A stretch of DNA of 64,000 nt, taken from Oligoflexales bacterium. GTDB taxonomy: Bacteria; Bdellovibrionota_B; Oligoflexia; Oligoflexales; RGVZ01. Location of the stretch: NCBI GenBank assembly GCA_044236265.1, contig JBIIGV010000002.1:4778-68777 (forward strand), given 5' to 3'. The notes beneath the pieces were generated by a model. The model ran no database searches. It was not told where the DNA came from and saw only the letters and a program-made list of their open reading frames with translations. The position numbers were made by a program, and so were the translations under genes. Each line of letters begins with the position of its first letter. The stretch's first letter is position 1. This document shows, piece after piece, positions 30,846-40,429 of this stretch.

Positions 30846-33675
30846 TCAAATTTTTCGTGAGCTTGATAGTGTCGGCCTTGAGCCAGAAATTCTATCCAAA
30901 GTGGGCGGGCGACCGCTTTATTCGGGTGTAGCCGCAGACTCCCGACGCGTTACAAAGGATGACATTTTCTGCGCCATAAAAGGCGCGAAAAACGACGGCC
31001 ATGCCCTACTTCAAGACGTCGCAGAAACTTCCACCCTTTTGATTGTTGAAAGAGCAGTCGACGTTACAACGCTTGCTAATGCGAGCATTATAAAAGTTAA
31101 ATCTACGCGCGGAGCCTGGGCCACATTGGCATCTTTCTTCGCAGATCACCCCGCCAATGAACTCATTATGGTTGGGATTACTGGAACAAACGGCAAAACA
31201 AGTACGACATGGTTGCTTCGGGAAATCTTTACGGGACTTGGGATAAAATCAGGAAGCATCGGAACCCTTGGGTTTTTTGCTGGCGAAGAGCACATAGAAA
31301 GCGCGCACACAACACCGGACCCGGATGTGTTGTATCCAATGCTTTCGTCATTTGTCACAAAAGGCTTAACGCACGTGGTGATGGAGGTATCCAGTCATAG
31401 CTTGGCGCAAGGTAAGGTTTGGCCGATCATGTTCGATGCCTGCGCCTTTACCAGTTTTAGTCAGGACCATCTCGATTTTCATTCGTCTATGGATGAGTAC
31501 CTGACCGCTAAACTTTTGCTTTTTTCTAGGCATCTCAAAGATGGCGGCATCCCTCTAGTCCACCAAAAGGTTCTCGAATGGCCAGCAGCTAAAATGGAGA
31601 TGGCTCGGTTGCCGCACGGCTATCTTTCTTATGGCCATCATTCAACGTACGCAAACTTTCGTGTGCGCTCTGATTCCAATTTTAAACAAGGTTTTTCGCG
31701 CGTAGTAGTCGAAAGCACTGAAGACATGTCAAGCACTCTTACATTGCCAATGGTGGGCGATGTTTTTTGTGAAAACTTCTCAGCCGGCTTGATACTCGCG
31801 ACACAATTACTTAATTCAAAGCTTTCGATCATTAGTCAAAGAATCGGCCAGTCTCAAATAAAACCAGTTCCAGGGCGCTTAGAGCTTGTACGGACGTCGC
31901 AAAAACCATGGCGGCCATCTGTTTACGTAGATTATGCGCACACGCCTGACGCTCTTGAAAAAAGTATTGCCAACCTATCTTCTACTCCAAAGTCGATCAT
32001 TACCGTTTTCGGATGCGGAGGTGAACGGGACAAAACCAAGCGCCCGATCATGGGTGACATAGCTGCAAGATTATCATCAAAAGTCACCATCACTAGCGAC
32101 AACCCAAGATCTGAGAATCCGGCAACGATCATTGAGGACATTTTGGCAGGTATAGTGGACAAGTCTAACGTCGACTCCATTATCGACCGCAGAGTTGCCA
32201 TAAGACAATCCATTGCTGGATGCACAGCACAAACACCAATTTTGATTGCTGGGAAAGGGCATGAACCATACCAGATCATCGGCTCAAAATCGTTTCCTTT
32301 CAGCGATCAAAAAGAGGCGCTAACTGTTCTTGAAGAGTCAAAGGCGTGGCTTGTGGTGGGAGCAGGAGTCACCGGTTTCGCCGCGGCAAAGTTGCTTAGT
32401 CAGGCTAAGGAGAAGGTTTATCTTTACGACGATAAACCAATTCAGATTCCTGAGTATCTCAAAGACTTAACGTCAGTAGTCACGGCTGAAGATGTCCCGT
32501 GGTCTAAAGTCGATTTTGTTGTTAGCAGTCCAGGCTTTTCAAGAGAACATCCGATACTGATGGCGGCTGCTCAAAACAGTAAGGAAATAATTTCTGAAAT
32601 CGACTTGGGCCTTGACCGCTACCGGGGGTCAATCATCGGGGTCACTGGAACAAATGGCAAGTCGACGACTGTCTCTATGATCGAATTTATTTTGCGCAGT
32701 AAAGGAGTCGATGCCGATGCCTGTGGCAATATCGGTATACCACCATCATCGATTCCTATTTGGAAAAAGTCTGACCGCCACGTCTGCGTGTTGGAACTAT
32801 CAAGTTACCAGCTAGATGGAAGCTCTGTCTGGCCAACAAGCGCGGCTGCGATCACAAGCTTTTCGGCAGACCATCTTACAAGACACAAGACCATGTCCGG
32901 CTATTTCGCTGCCAAGTGGCGACTTACAAAGTGGTTAGAGCCATCATCCGTACTGGTGTTGGCGCAAGATGTTGCAGAATTTGCGCTCCGAGAGGGCTCT
33001 CTTTGGCCCAACTGCCGTACAATTATTGTCCGCAAAAATAACGCCATCATCGCTGCTCCAGCCGGTTGCGAATTTGCGGAAATCATCGGCGGACAATTGG
33101 AGTTTGGTGGGTGGCAACTTCAATTTAACCATCTAGGAATCCTGGGAGAGCACAACCAGTTTAATGCTTTCGCAGCAGTCATTCTAGCAAGCCACGTAAT
33201 GGGTCTTTCACCACAAGAGCTCATGCCAATTTTGCGTCAATACAAGGGATTGCCATATCGATGCGAGGTTGTTTTTGAAGATGGTCGGCGATCAATCATA
33301 AACGACAGTAAATCGACAAATTTAGAGAGTACCTTGGCCGCCATGAGCATGGCAAAACGCCCAGTTATTCTTATGATGGGTGGCCAAGGAAAGGGTGAGC
33401 CATACGATGACCTTAGCCAGGTTAAGGATAAGATCGCCACCTTGATTACATTCGGACACTCCGGTCGAATCATCGCTGATCAGTCCCCAAGCGGGGTTCC
33501 TGTCGAATCATTTGACAAAATGGCCCCGGCCGTCTTGCGCGCACTAGATCTTGCGAAACATCATAATCTTGACGTCATCTTTAGTCCCGGCTGTGCCAGT
33601 TTTGACGAATTTAGAAACTTCGAACATCGCGGCGCTGTCTTTACACAAATGGTCGCAGACCATGCACTTGTATAG
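30820..33675 (+). CDS. murE-murD: Fused MurE (UDP-MurNAc-L-Ala-D-Glu:meso-DAP ligase) - MurD (UDP-MurNAc-L-Ala:D-Glu ligase) polypeptide
   Basis: One uninterrupted 951-codon ORF. Residues 1 to about 505 carry MurE motifs: GITGTNGKTSTTWL, DYAHTPDALEKS, GCGGERDKTKRP, TSDNPRSENP (the DNPR determinant for mDAP) and AGKGHEPYQ. From about residue 506 (about nt 32335) MurD motifs follow: VVGAGVTGFAAA, VVSSPG, GVTGTNGKSTT, LELSSYQL, GLPYRCE, INDSKSTN and SPGCASFDEFRNFEHRG. Confidence 0.9.
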   Translation: MKNHRADFDQIFRELDSVGLEPEILSKVGGRPLYSGVAADSRRVTKDDIFCAIKGAKNDGHALLQDVAETSTLLIVERAVDVTTLANASIIKVKSTRGAWATLASFFADHPANELIMVGITGTNGKTSTTWLLREIFTGLGIKSGSIGTLGFFAGEEHIESAHTTPDPDVLYPMLSSFVTKGLTHVVMEVSSHSLAQGKVWPIMFDACAFTSFSQDHLDFHSSMDEYLTAKLLLFSRHLKDGGIPLVHQKVLEWPAAKMEMARLPHGYLSYGHHSTYANFRVRSDSNFKQGFSRVVVESTEDMSSTLTLPMVGDVFCENFSAGLILATQLLNSKLSIISQRIGQSQIKPVPGRLELVRTSQKPWRPSVYVDYAHTPDALEKSIANLSSTPKSIITVFGCGGERDKTKRPIMGDIAARLSSKVTITSDNPRSENPATIIEDILAGIVDKSNVDSIIDRRVAIRQSIAGCTAQTPILIAGKGHEPYQIIGSKSFPFSDQKEALTVLEESKAWLVVGAGVTGFAAAKLLSQAKEKVYLYDDKPIQIPEYLKDLTSVVTAEDVPWSKVDFVVSSPGFSREHPILMAAAQNSKEIISEIDLGLDRYRGSIIGVTGTNGKSTTVSMIEFILRSKGVDADACGNIGIPPSSIPIWKKSDRHVCVLELSSYQLDGSSVWPTSAAAITSFSADHLTRHKTMSGYFAAKWRLTKWLEPSSVLVLAQDVAEFALREGSLWPNCRTIIVRKNNAIIAAPAGCEFAEIIGGQLEFGGWQLQFNHLGILGEHNQFNAFAAVILASHVMGLSPQELMPILRQYKGLPYRCEVVFEDGRRSIINDSKSTNLESTLAAMSMAKRPVILMMGGQGKGEPYDDLSQVKDKIATLITFGHSGRIIADQSPSGVPVESFDKMAPAVLRALDLAKHHNLDVIFSPGCASFDEFRNFEHRGAVFTQMVADHALV

Positions 33676-33710
33676 AGAATTCTGTATAATAGCAGAAGGA
33701 GTTGCCAAGT

Positions 33711-34865
33711 ATGACTAGTGTAGCCAAACCAAGCTCAGCCACTTGCGAAGTGAATAAACTTCAAAGCGCCGGACAACTTCTATTTGCCACCACTCTTTTG
33801 CTCGTTATGTCTGGATTGATCATGGTCTATGCGGCCAGTGCTCTGAAGGGCGAACAGCAGTTTAATGATGCGTTTTTCTTCATTCGCAAGCAAGGAGCCG
33901 TTGCGCTGGCTGGATTTGCGTCAGTAGCTTTAATCGCAAAAGTGCCTATGCGATTCATAGAGCGCATGACGCTTCCTTTGCTAGTGGGTTCACTTATTTT
34001 GTTAGCATTAATTTTTGTACCCGGTGTTTATAAGACCGGCGGTGGTGCGGCCCGATGGATCTCACTGGCCGGCTTTCGATTTCAAACATCAGAATGTGCC
34101 AAATTAGCCCTGGTTTTTTTCTTAGCTAAAAATCTTTCGCGAAAAGGTTTCAATATAAATTCATTCAAGTCTGGCGTTTTGCCTAATGTTTTTGTGTTTT
34201 GTCTGTTTGCTCTATTCATGATGAAACAACCAGACTTCGGCTCTACAGTTCTGATGGGCACCGTCATGGTTGGAATGCTTTTTGTCGCGGGATTAGATTT
34301 TCGGCTCATTATCGGTGCTTTTTTTGCGGCTCTGGCCGCAGTCGTTGCTGCTATTTTAGTTGCGCCTTACCGTCTAGCGCGTCTCACAAGTTTTTTGGAT
34401 CCTTGGGCTCAAATCAAAGGCGGTGGATTTCAAATTATTCAGTCGTACTTGGCATTTCAAAATGGCGGGCTTATGGGGTCAGGACTAGGAGAAAGTCGGC
34501 AGAAGCTTTTCTTCCTTCCGGAAGCTCACACGGACTTTATTTTGGCCGTGCTGGCAGAGGAGCTTGGATTTCTCGGAGTGACTTTCATTTGCCTTGCGTT
34601 TGCGTACTACTGCTTTCTTGGCTTTCGTATTGCCTTCTTGCAGACCCACCCGTTTAGGATGTACCTTGCGTTCGGGCTCACCTCCATGATCGGTTTTCAG
34701 GGGGCAATTAACATGTGCGTCGCGATGGGAATGCTACCTACAAAGGGAATTCCGCTTCCATTTATCAGTAGTGGAGCAAGCAGTCTTTTGATGAGTCTCG
34801 TGGCGACCGCTCTTTTGTGGCGACTGACGATCGAAGATCATGACGAACAAAAACGACGATCTTAA
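33711..34865 (+). CDS. ftsW: SEDS-family peptidoglycan glycosyltransferase FtsW
   Basis: About 10-TM protein with QPSE-like 'FQTSECAK', MKQPDFGS and PTKGIPLPFISSGASS motifs. It lies in the dcw position. ATG 33711 is preceded by an AAGGAG Shine-Dalgarno. Confidence 0.9.
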   Translation: MTSVAKPSSATCEVNKLQSAGQLLFATTLLLVMSGLIMVYAASALKGEQQFNDAFFFIRKQGAVALAGFASVALIAKVPMRFIERMTLPLLVGSLILLALIFVPGVYKTGGGAARWISLAGFRFQTSECAKLALVFFLAKNLSRKGFNINSFKSGVLPNVFVFCLFALFMMKQPDFGSTVLMGTVMVGMLFVAGLDFRLIIGAFFAALAAVVAAILVAPYRLARLTSFLDPWAQIKGGGFQIIQSYLAFQNGGLMGSGLGESRQKLFFLPEAHTDFILAVLAEELGFLGVTFICLAFAYYCFLGFRIAFLQTHPFRMYLAFGLTSMIGFQGAINMCVAMGMLPTKGIPLPFISSGASSLLMSLVATALLWRLTIEDHDEQKRRS

Positions 34866-36234
34866 GGTAGAATTGGCATCTATTTCGCCAATTCATTTTA
34901 TTGGTGCTGCGGGTAGTGGCATGAGGCCTCTCGCCGAGTTTGTAGCGGGCCTCGGCATTCAAGTTTCTGGAAGTGACTCCAAAGCTGACGGTATTAAGGC
35001 TAGTTTTCCATTACATGTTGAAGGATCACCTGAGGATCAACAGCGGCAGCTGTTGGCAAAAACGATCGTTTATTCTAGCGCTATCGGTCCTAGTCATCCT
35101 GCTTTTGTGACAGCTAAAACTTCGGATAAACGCACGCTTCATCGAAGCGAGTTACTAGCTATTATTTGTAAGTTTTATCAGACCATTGCGGTCGCGGGTA
35201 CCCATGGAAAATCAACGACATCTGCAATGGTGGCGCATGTTTTGAAGCAGATCGGCGATGAACCCTCATGGATAATCGGAGCGCCATTTGCTTCAGGAGA
35301 AGATTCCGTTCGCATCGGCTCTGGTCCTTGGTTAGTCATTGAGGCTGATGAGTCGGACGGGTCCTTTTTGCGCTACGAAACACATGTTTCCGTTGTTACC
35401 AATATTGATGCCGATCATATGGACTACTACCAAACGGTTGATAGGCTTAACGAAGCTTTCAAGAAATATTTAGGCCAGACCAGCACTCGAGGAGGCATTG
35501 TCTTCTCTGCTGATCATGGCTCAACCGCAGTAGCGGCTGCTGACTACAGGGGCTTCAAAATATCCTATGGGCTTTCGAACGAAGCAGACTTGCAGGCCGA
35601 AAACTACCGTGTCTCAGGCTTGTCGGCCAGATCGTCTATAAGTTTTAAGGAAGAACGCGCTGAACTTACATTGCCACTACCCGGCAAACACAATACGTCA
35701 AACGCACTGGCAGCTATTGGGGTCGGACTTACTATCGGACACTCTCTCCCCAAGCTTGCTAGCGCTCTCGGCAACTTTCCAGGTGTCCAGCGTAGGCTTC
35801 AACGATATCCAGGCAGCTCAAATGCAATTATATTCGATGATTACGCCCATAATCCCCAGAAAATTCAAAGTTGCATAAAGGGTCTAGAAGAGGCCTTCCC
35901 AGGGCGCAGAATTATCGCCTGCTTTCAGCCACATAGATTTTCTAGAATTTCAAGTCTCTACGGTGAATTTATTGCATCCTTCAAGGGTAGAGACATTGTT
36001 GTTGTAGTTCTGCCCGTTTACGCATCTGGCGAGGCGCCCATAAAGGGGTTTGAGGCCTCCCGCATCGCCTCAGACATTGCCAGAGTTTCAGGGGCCGAAA
36101 CTTTTTCTGAGTCGACTTTTAAAGGCTGCGCCGAATTGATAAAATCAATGTTAGACCCAAACAATGACGTCGTAGTTACGATTGGGGCCGGCGATATATG
36201 GAAAGTCGCGAGGCTTCTATCCTTGAATCTCTAG
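34840..36234 (+). CDS. murC: UDP-N-acetylmuramate--L-alanine ligase
   Basis: HFIGAAGSGMRPLAEF, AVAGTHGKSTTSAM, EADESDGSF, DDYAHNP and the QPHRFSR motif are present. Confidence 0.93.
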   Translation: MTNKNDDLKVELASISPIHFIGAAGSGMRPLAEFVAGLGIQVSGSDSKADGIKASFPLHVEGSPEDQQRQLLAKTIVYSSAIGPSHPAFVTAKTSDKRTLHRSELLAIICKFYQTIAVAGTHGKSTTSAMVAHVLKQIGDEPSWIIGAPFASGEDSVRIGSGPWLVIEADESDGSFLRYETHVSVVTNIDADHMDYYQTVDRLNEAFKKYLGQTSTRGGIVFSADHGSTAVAAADYRGFKISYGLSNEADLQAENYRVSGLSARSSISFKEERAELTLPLPGKHNTSNALAAIGVGLTIGHSLPKLASALGNFPGVQRRLQRYPGSSNAIIFDDYAHNPQKIQSCIKGLEEAFPGRRIIACFQPHRFSRISSLYGEFIASFKGRDIVVVVLPVYASGEAPIKGFEASRIASDIARVSGAETFSESTFKGCAELIKSMLDPNNDVVVTIGAGDIWKVARLLSLNL

Positions 36235-36258
36235 ATAATAACTTTTGAGAGGAACCAT

Positions 36259-37173
36259 ATGATTCGTTTTCTAAAGCGTAAGAGCGGAAAGAAACGATCG
36301 GTTCTCGAAAAACAACGTATTTCTAAAAATACTGGAAAAAAAGGCCTCCTTGACACGTCCTTCTCATGGTCACTCGGAGCAAAGTCTTTGCTCGCTGTGC
36401 TGTTTGTTGTTGTTATTGCCGCACTTTCAATCAGAGTGATTGACAAGATTAATGGTGTTATTTCCTATGTAAACTCCCTGATCGTCCTTTCGCCAACCGA
36501 ATGGAAAATTGAAGTTGTTTCTGACGGTGGCGTACCCTTGCCCGAAGACGTAAAAAAGGAAGTATACAAGGTTGCTGGCAGAGCTTTAAAAACTGGTGCC
36601 TCTGGTGAGTTAAAAAAGCTCTCCAAGCTTGTTGAATCCCTAGGAATGGTTGATCATGTAAGAGTCATTCGTCCGGTTGCAGACACGGTTATACTCTCGG
36701 CCCAACTTCGGCGCCCCGTGCTTTTAGTTAATACAGGCGCAAAGACCAGATATTTATCCTTGGATGCAACTGTCTTTGGAGACAGCGCAGATAGCACTGG
36801 AAACCCCTCTGGCGCAAGCCCAGCGGTTATCGTGACTGGCGTATTCGATCAAAGACAAAATCCAACCATCGATGATTCCATGCGCGTTGTTACAACGACC
36901 GAGGAGCGCCGTCATCTTGCGGATGCTTTAGAGGTCTGGCAGAAATCAAATGAGTCGATGATTGAGCTGCGTCAAATTAATTTTCAGAAATTTCGCGGAT
37001 ACTCCATTACGCTTGCCGACGGAACGGAGGTCGTTCTGGGAATCAAGCCATTCGATTACAAATTGAAAAAACTACGAGGAATTCTCGAAAACTTAAAGAA
37101 GGATGGTTCGGTGGCTGCGCGCATCGAGCTCGACTATGAAGGCAAAGCCTTTATTAAGGAAAAAAAGCTATGA
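36259..37173 (+). CDS. ftsQ: Cell division protein FtsQ-like (TM + POTRA)
   Basis: A basic N-terminus precedes a single TM (LLAVLFVVVIAALSI) and a periplasmic domain. It lies between murC and ftsA and overlaps the ftsA start by 4 nt. The call is mostly positional. Confidence 0.6.
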   Translation: MIRFLKRKSGKKRSVLEKQRISKNTGKKGLLDTSFSWSLGAKSLLAVLFVVVIAALSIRVIDKINGVISYVNSLIVLSPTEWKIEVVSDGGVPLPEDVKKEVYKVAGRALKTGASGELKKLSKLVESLGMVDHVRVIRPVADTVILSAQLRRPVLLVNTGAKTRYLSLDATVFGDSADSTGNPSGASPAVIVTGVFDQRQNPTIDDSMRVVTTTEERRHLADALEVWQKSNESMIELRQINFQKFRGYSITLADGTEVVLGIKPFDYKLKKLRGILENLKKDGSVAARIELDYEGKAFIKEKKL

Positions 37174-38348
37174 CAGGCCGGCTTTCAAGAAAAGACAAGC
37201 GCTTGGCCTTTATTGACATCGGGCACGGGACACTACGCATGCTCGTCACAAATAGTGACGAGTTAGAGGCGTCAGCTTATGAGGCACCTTGCCTTGGTTT
37301 AGCCAAAGGAAAAATAATCGACCCATCAGCTTTCTCTACGTCGATCAGCCAGCTTTTGAAATCAGCCAATATCTCCGGGGATGGCCTGCGCGTCATCGTT
37401 TCTGTGCCCACGCTCCACACACGCATCATCCGAAGGACTATAGAACACCGTTGTAGCGGACACTATAGATCTACGGACTATCAAAGCTTGCATGACGCCG
37501 CTATTGACTCTTGCTCAAGCGAGCTTGACGAAGTTGTCGACGTTCTTTTAACTCAGGCTTGGCTTGATCAAAAGAGCATTGACCCCTTATCGTTTGGACA
37601 TCAAGGCCGCAATCTGCGAGCTCAAGCTCTACTTGCGACCCACCCAAAAACCCTACTGGCAGATATTATTTCTTGTATGAACTCCGTTGGCCTTGAGGTC
37701 TCAGAATTTCGATCTGGTTTTTTTGGACTGTTTAGGGCTGTATTTGCCCTGCGGCCTGGGATTGAAAATGCTGTTTTGATTGACGTCGGGCACAGCACGA
37801 CATCTGGCGTGATGATTATCGGTGGGTCGGCGCAACAAGTTTTCTCTGTCGGAGCTGGAAGTCACCACATTACCAAGGATCTTGCCGTCGGTCTTGGTGT
37901 GGAGACCGCCGAGGCCGAGTTGACCAAGAGGCAGGTTGGTGTCTCCCTGGAGAACGGCGGTTCAAATTTTTCAAAGTTCATTCGCCCGCGGGTCGCCGAG
38001 CTTTTCGCTCTTAGTCTTAAGCATTTTGCCATTTACGCGAAAGCACTTGATGGTGGGCTTATGTTCTGCGGAGGCGGCTCCCAGCTTCCAGGTTTTTCGA
38101 GTTTTTCGGAAAAAGCCATGGGCGTTCCATCTCCGTTTATCTGCAATCTTTCAAATAAATCGGCAGCAGCCTTTCTGGATATGAAGGTGACAACGAACTC
38201 CACCCGTATTGACTCAAGCTGGCTTGCAATTCTTGCTCACGCGAGATTCAGACACGAGGAAGAGGCGGTTCGACGATTCGAACGCGAATCTGGTCCGCTC
38301 GCGAAACTGAGACCTTTGTGGACATGGCTATCTGAGTTGTCGAGATAA
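37170..38348 (+). CDS. ftsA: Cell division protein FtsA (divergent actin-like ATPase)
   Basis: Phosphate-1 FIDIGHGTLRM, phosphate-2 LIDVGHSTTSG and MFCGGGSQLPG are present. The C-terminal amphipathic helix is LAKLRPLWTWLSEL. It lies directly upstream of ftsZ. Confidence 0.75.
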   Translation: MTGRLSRKDKRLAFIDIGHGTLRMLVTNSDELEASAYEAPCLGLAKGKIIDPSAFSTSISQLLKSANISGDGLRVIVSVPTLHTRIIRRTIEHRCSGHYRSTDYQSLHDAAIDSCSSELDEVVDVLLTQAWLDQKSIDPLSFGHQGRNLRAQALLATHPKTLLADIISCMNSVGLEVSEFRSGFFGLFRAVFALRPGIENAVLIDVGHSTTSGVMIIGGSAQQVFSVGAGSHHITKDLAVGLGVETAEAELTKRQVGVSLENGGSNFSKFIRPRVAELFALSLKHFAIYAKALDGGLMFCGGGSQLPGFSSFSEKAMGVPSPFICNLSNKSAAAFLDMKVTTNSTRIDSSWLAILAHARFRHEEEAVRRFERESGPLAKLRPLWTWLSELSR

Positions 38349-38382
38349 GCTTTTTTAAAAGTAATCATTTACAGTCAAAAAG

Positions 38383-38412
38383 TTGACACGCTGTTTCAGC
38401 AGTCCTTATAAT
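38383..38412 (+). promoter_or_regulatory. Candidate sigma-70 promoter for ftsZ
   Basis: TTGACA (38383-38388), an 18-nt spacer, then TATAAT (38407-38412). An AAGGAGG Shine-Dalgarno lies 7 nt before ATG 38503. Confidence 0.5.
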
Positions 38413-38502
38413 TTTACTTATATTTTGTTTTATCTGTTTACTAATCGGACGGTTGTTAATCTTAGGACCACTTAGAGATTAACGCCTGCAAGGAGGCTGA
38501 CC

Positions 38503-40347
38503 ATGTCATTCAATGCTTTTGGAGCAAAAATAAAGGTAATTGGCGTCGGCGGAGGTGGCGGAAACGCTGTCAACACAATGATTCGCTCTGGTCTTGAAGG
38601 CGTTGATTTTATCGTAGCAAACACTGACGCTCAAGCACTCAAGGCATCTCTTGCTCCTCATAAAATTCAACTTGGTAAAGACCTGACAAAGGGCCTTGGA
38701 GCCGGCGCAGATCCAGATATTGGACGTGACGCCGCTCTGGAAGACCGCATGGAGCTGCAAGATTATTTAAGTGATGCCGACATGGTATTTATCACAGCTG
38801 GTATGGGTGGTGGCACAGGAACCGGAGCTGCAGCTGTTGTCGCTCAAATCGCTAGAGAGCTCGGCGCTTTGACAGTTGCCGTCGTAACAAAGCCTTTTGC
38901 TTTCGAAGGAAAAAGACGTCGCAAGCATGCTGAGCAAGGCGTTGCTAGACTTCGCGAGTGTGTCGACACGCTGATTACAATTCCCAACCAAAGACTTCTT
39001 CAGGTAGCAACTCCTGACTTAAGCATGCTCGACGCATTTAAACTCGCTGACAATGTTCTTGTAAATGCAGTGCGCGGCATTAGTGACATTATCAATACGC
39101 CTGGCTTAATTAACGTCGATTTTGCAGACGTTAAGACAGTGATGAGCAGCATGGGTCACGCCCTTATGGGGATTGGTTACGGCTCTGGGACTGAGCGAGC
39201 CCTGTCAGCAGCAAAGCAGGCTATATCGTCACCCCTTCTTGAGGACGTAGATATTGAGGGCGCCACTGGCATCCTGATCAACATCACGGCAGGAACAAAC
39301 GTTTCTATCATGGAAGTAAATAACGCTTGTATGGTCATCCAGGAAGCGGCCCATGAAGACGCAAATATCATATTTGGAGCCGTCATCGACGAAACGTTGG
39401 GTGACGAAATTCGCATTACAGTTATTGCAACAGGGTTTCCCGTTGAAGAGGGATTGCCTGTTGATGACAGCGCAGGCCTCACCACTAGAAGCCTTGCCTC
39501 CTCCAACTCGCCGCGAGTGATAGGACACACCACACCAGTCCCACAGAGACTGGTAAGCCCGCCACGGCTGACGTCTCCTTCAATTGTCACACCGAAGGCT
39601 GCGCCGACGCCCCAAGTAACTGCTCCTCGCACAATCTTGACGCCGCCACCTGCGGTCGTGACTCAAGAGGCTATTGCGCCGCAAGTTGTTGCTCCAGTGC
39701 AAACGGTGCGTGTCGATGTTTCGCACATTCAGCGACCAGCCCACACCACCCCACAGGTACCCGTAGTGAGCGCTCCAGTCGTTCCAGTCATCGAAACTCC
39801 TAGTGAAATCACGGCAAAACCCATCGATGCTGCTTTGGAAGCTGCCGCTCTTGCGCAGTGGACTTTAGAAGAACAGGGCTTTAGCCATCCAGACATGTCA
39901 GATGAGCTGGCTGAACTTGAAATTTCACGATCAGAGGCCCCTGGAACGCCTGTTTTTGCTCCTTCCACACCTGTAACGCAACCAACCAAGACCGTTGCTG
40001 AGCTTGTTTTTGCAGACGATACAACCTCGCCATCGATTGAGGCCAATAATGAGGGCGTTGAGCAAGAATTTGAAATGTGGTCTAGTGAGCTCCGCGAAGA
40101 GCGCGCTGGGGCGACACTCGCGGCATCAGAAGCGCCTTGGGAGTTTGATGCTCCAAACCCTGAGCTCGTATCCAACGAGATCGATCGCCGAATTGACGAA
40201 GCGTTGGCTCTCGCTGGAAAAATGAGTCAAGTAAAGGCCGAGACGAATGCGGTTGCAGGAGCCTCAGAGCAGCAAGAGCTAGACATGGATGACCTGGATC
40301 TTCCAGCTTTCTTGCGCTATGGATCTGATGCGCGTCAGGGCAGCTAA
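38503..40347 (+). CDS. ftsZ: Cell division GTPase FtsZ with an unusually long C-terminal linker
   Basis: [11 protein letters not shown], the tubulin signature [18 protein letters not shown] and ITVIATGF define the core. A linker of about 280 aa rich in P/V/T/A/E follows. The conserved C-terminal peptide is [10 protein letters not shown]. Confidence 0.97.
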   Translation: MSFNAFGAKIKVIGVGGGGGNAVNTMIRSGLEGVDFIVANTDAQALKASLAPHKIQLGKDLTKGLGAGADPDIGRDAALEDRMELQDYLSDADMVFITAGMGGGTGTGAAAVVAQIARELGALTVAVVTKPFAFEGKRRRKHAEQGVARLRECVDTLITIPNQRLLQVATPDLSMLDAFKLADNVLVNAVRGISDIINTPGLINVDFADVKTVMSSMGHALMGIGYGSGTERALSAAKQAISSPLLEDVDIEGATGILINITAGTNVSIMEVNNACMVIQEAAHEDANIIFGAVIDETLGDEIRITVIATGFPVEEGLPVDDSAGLTTRSLASSNSPRVIGHTTPVPQRLVSPPRLTSPSIVTPKAAPTPQVTAPRTILTPPPAVVTQEAIAPQVVAPVQTVRVDVSHIQRPAHTTPQVPVVSAPVVPVIETPSEITAKPIDAALEAAALAQWTLEEQGFSHPDMSDELAELEISRSEAPGTPVFAPSTPVTQPTKTVAELVFADDTTSPSIEANNEGVEQEFEMWSSELREERAGATLAASEAPWEFDAPNPELVSNEIDRRIDEALALAGKMSQVKAETNAVAGASEQQELDMDDLDLPAFLRYGSDARQGS

Positions 40348-40371
40348 GTTCTAGAAAGACGACCGAGCATA

Positions 40372-40404
40372 AAGCCCCCAAGGGAGATCAACCCTTGGGG
40401 GCTT
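40372..40404. terminator. Strong hairpin between convergent ftsZ and the SDR gene
   Basis: Perfect 13-bp stem AAGCCCCCAAGGG / CCCTTGGGGGCTT with a 7-nt loop. A weak T-rich tail (ATTCATTT) follows on the plus strand. Confidence 0.6.
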
Positions 40405-40429
40405 ATTCATTTACAGGGAATACAGTCTT

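Noticed and set aside
39177-40175. Two ORFs of about 150 aa antisense to the ftsZ linker region.
   Set aside because: They are a by-product of the low-complexity P/A/V/T-rich linker coding sequence, which leaves the reverse frame stop-poor. There is no independent start or Shine-Dalgarno signal.
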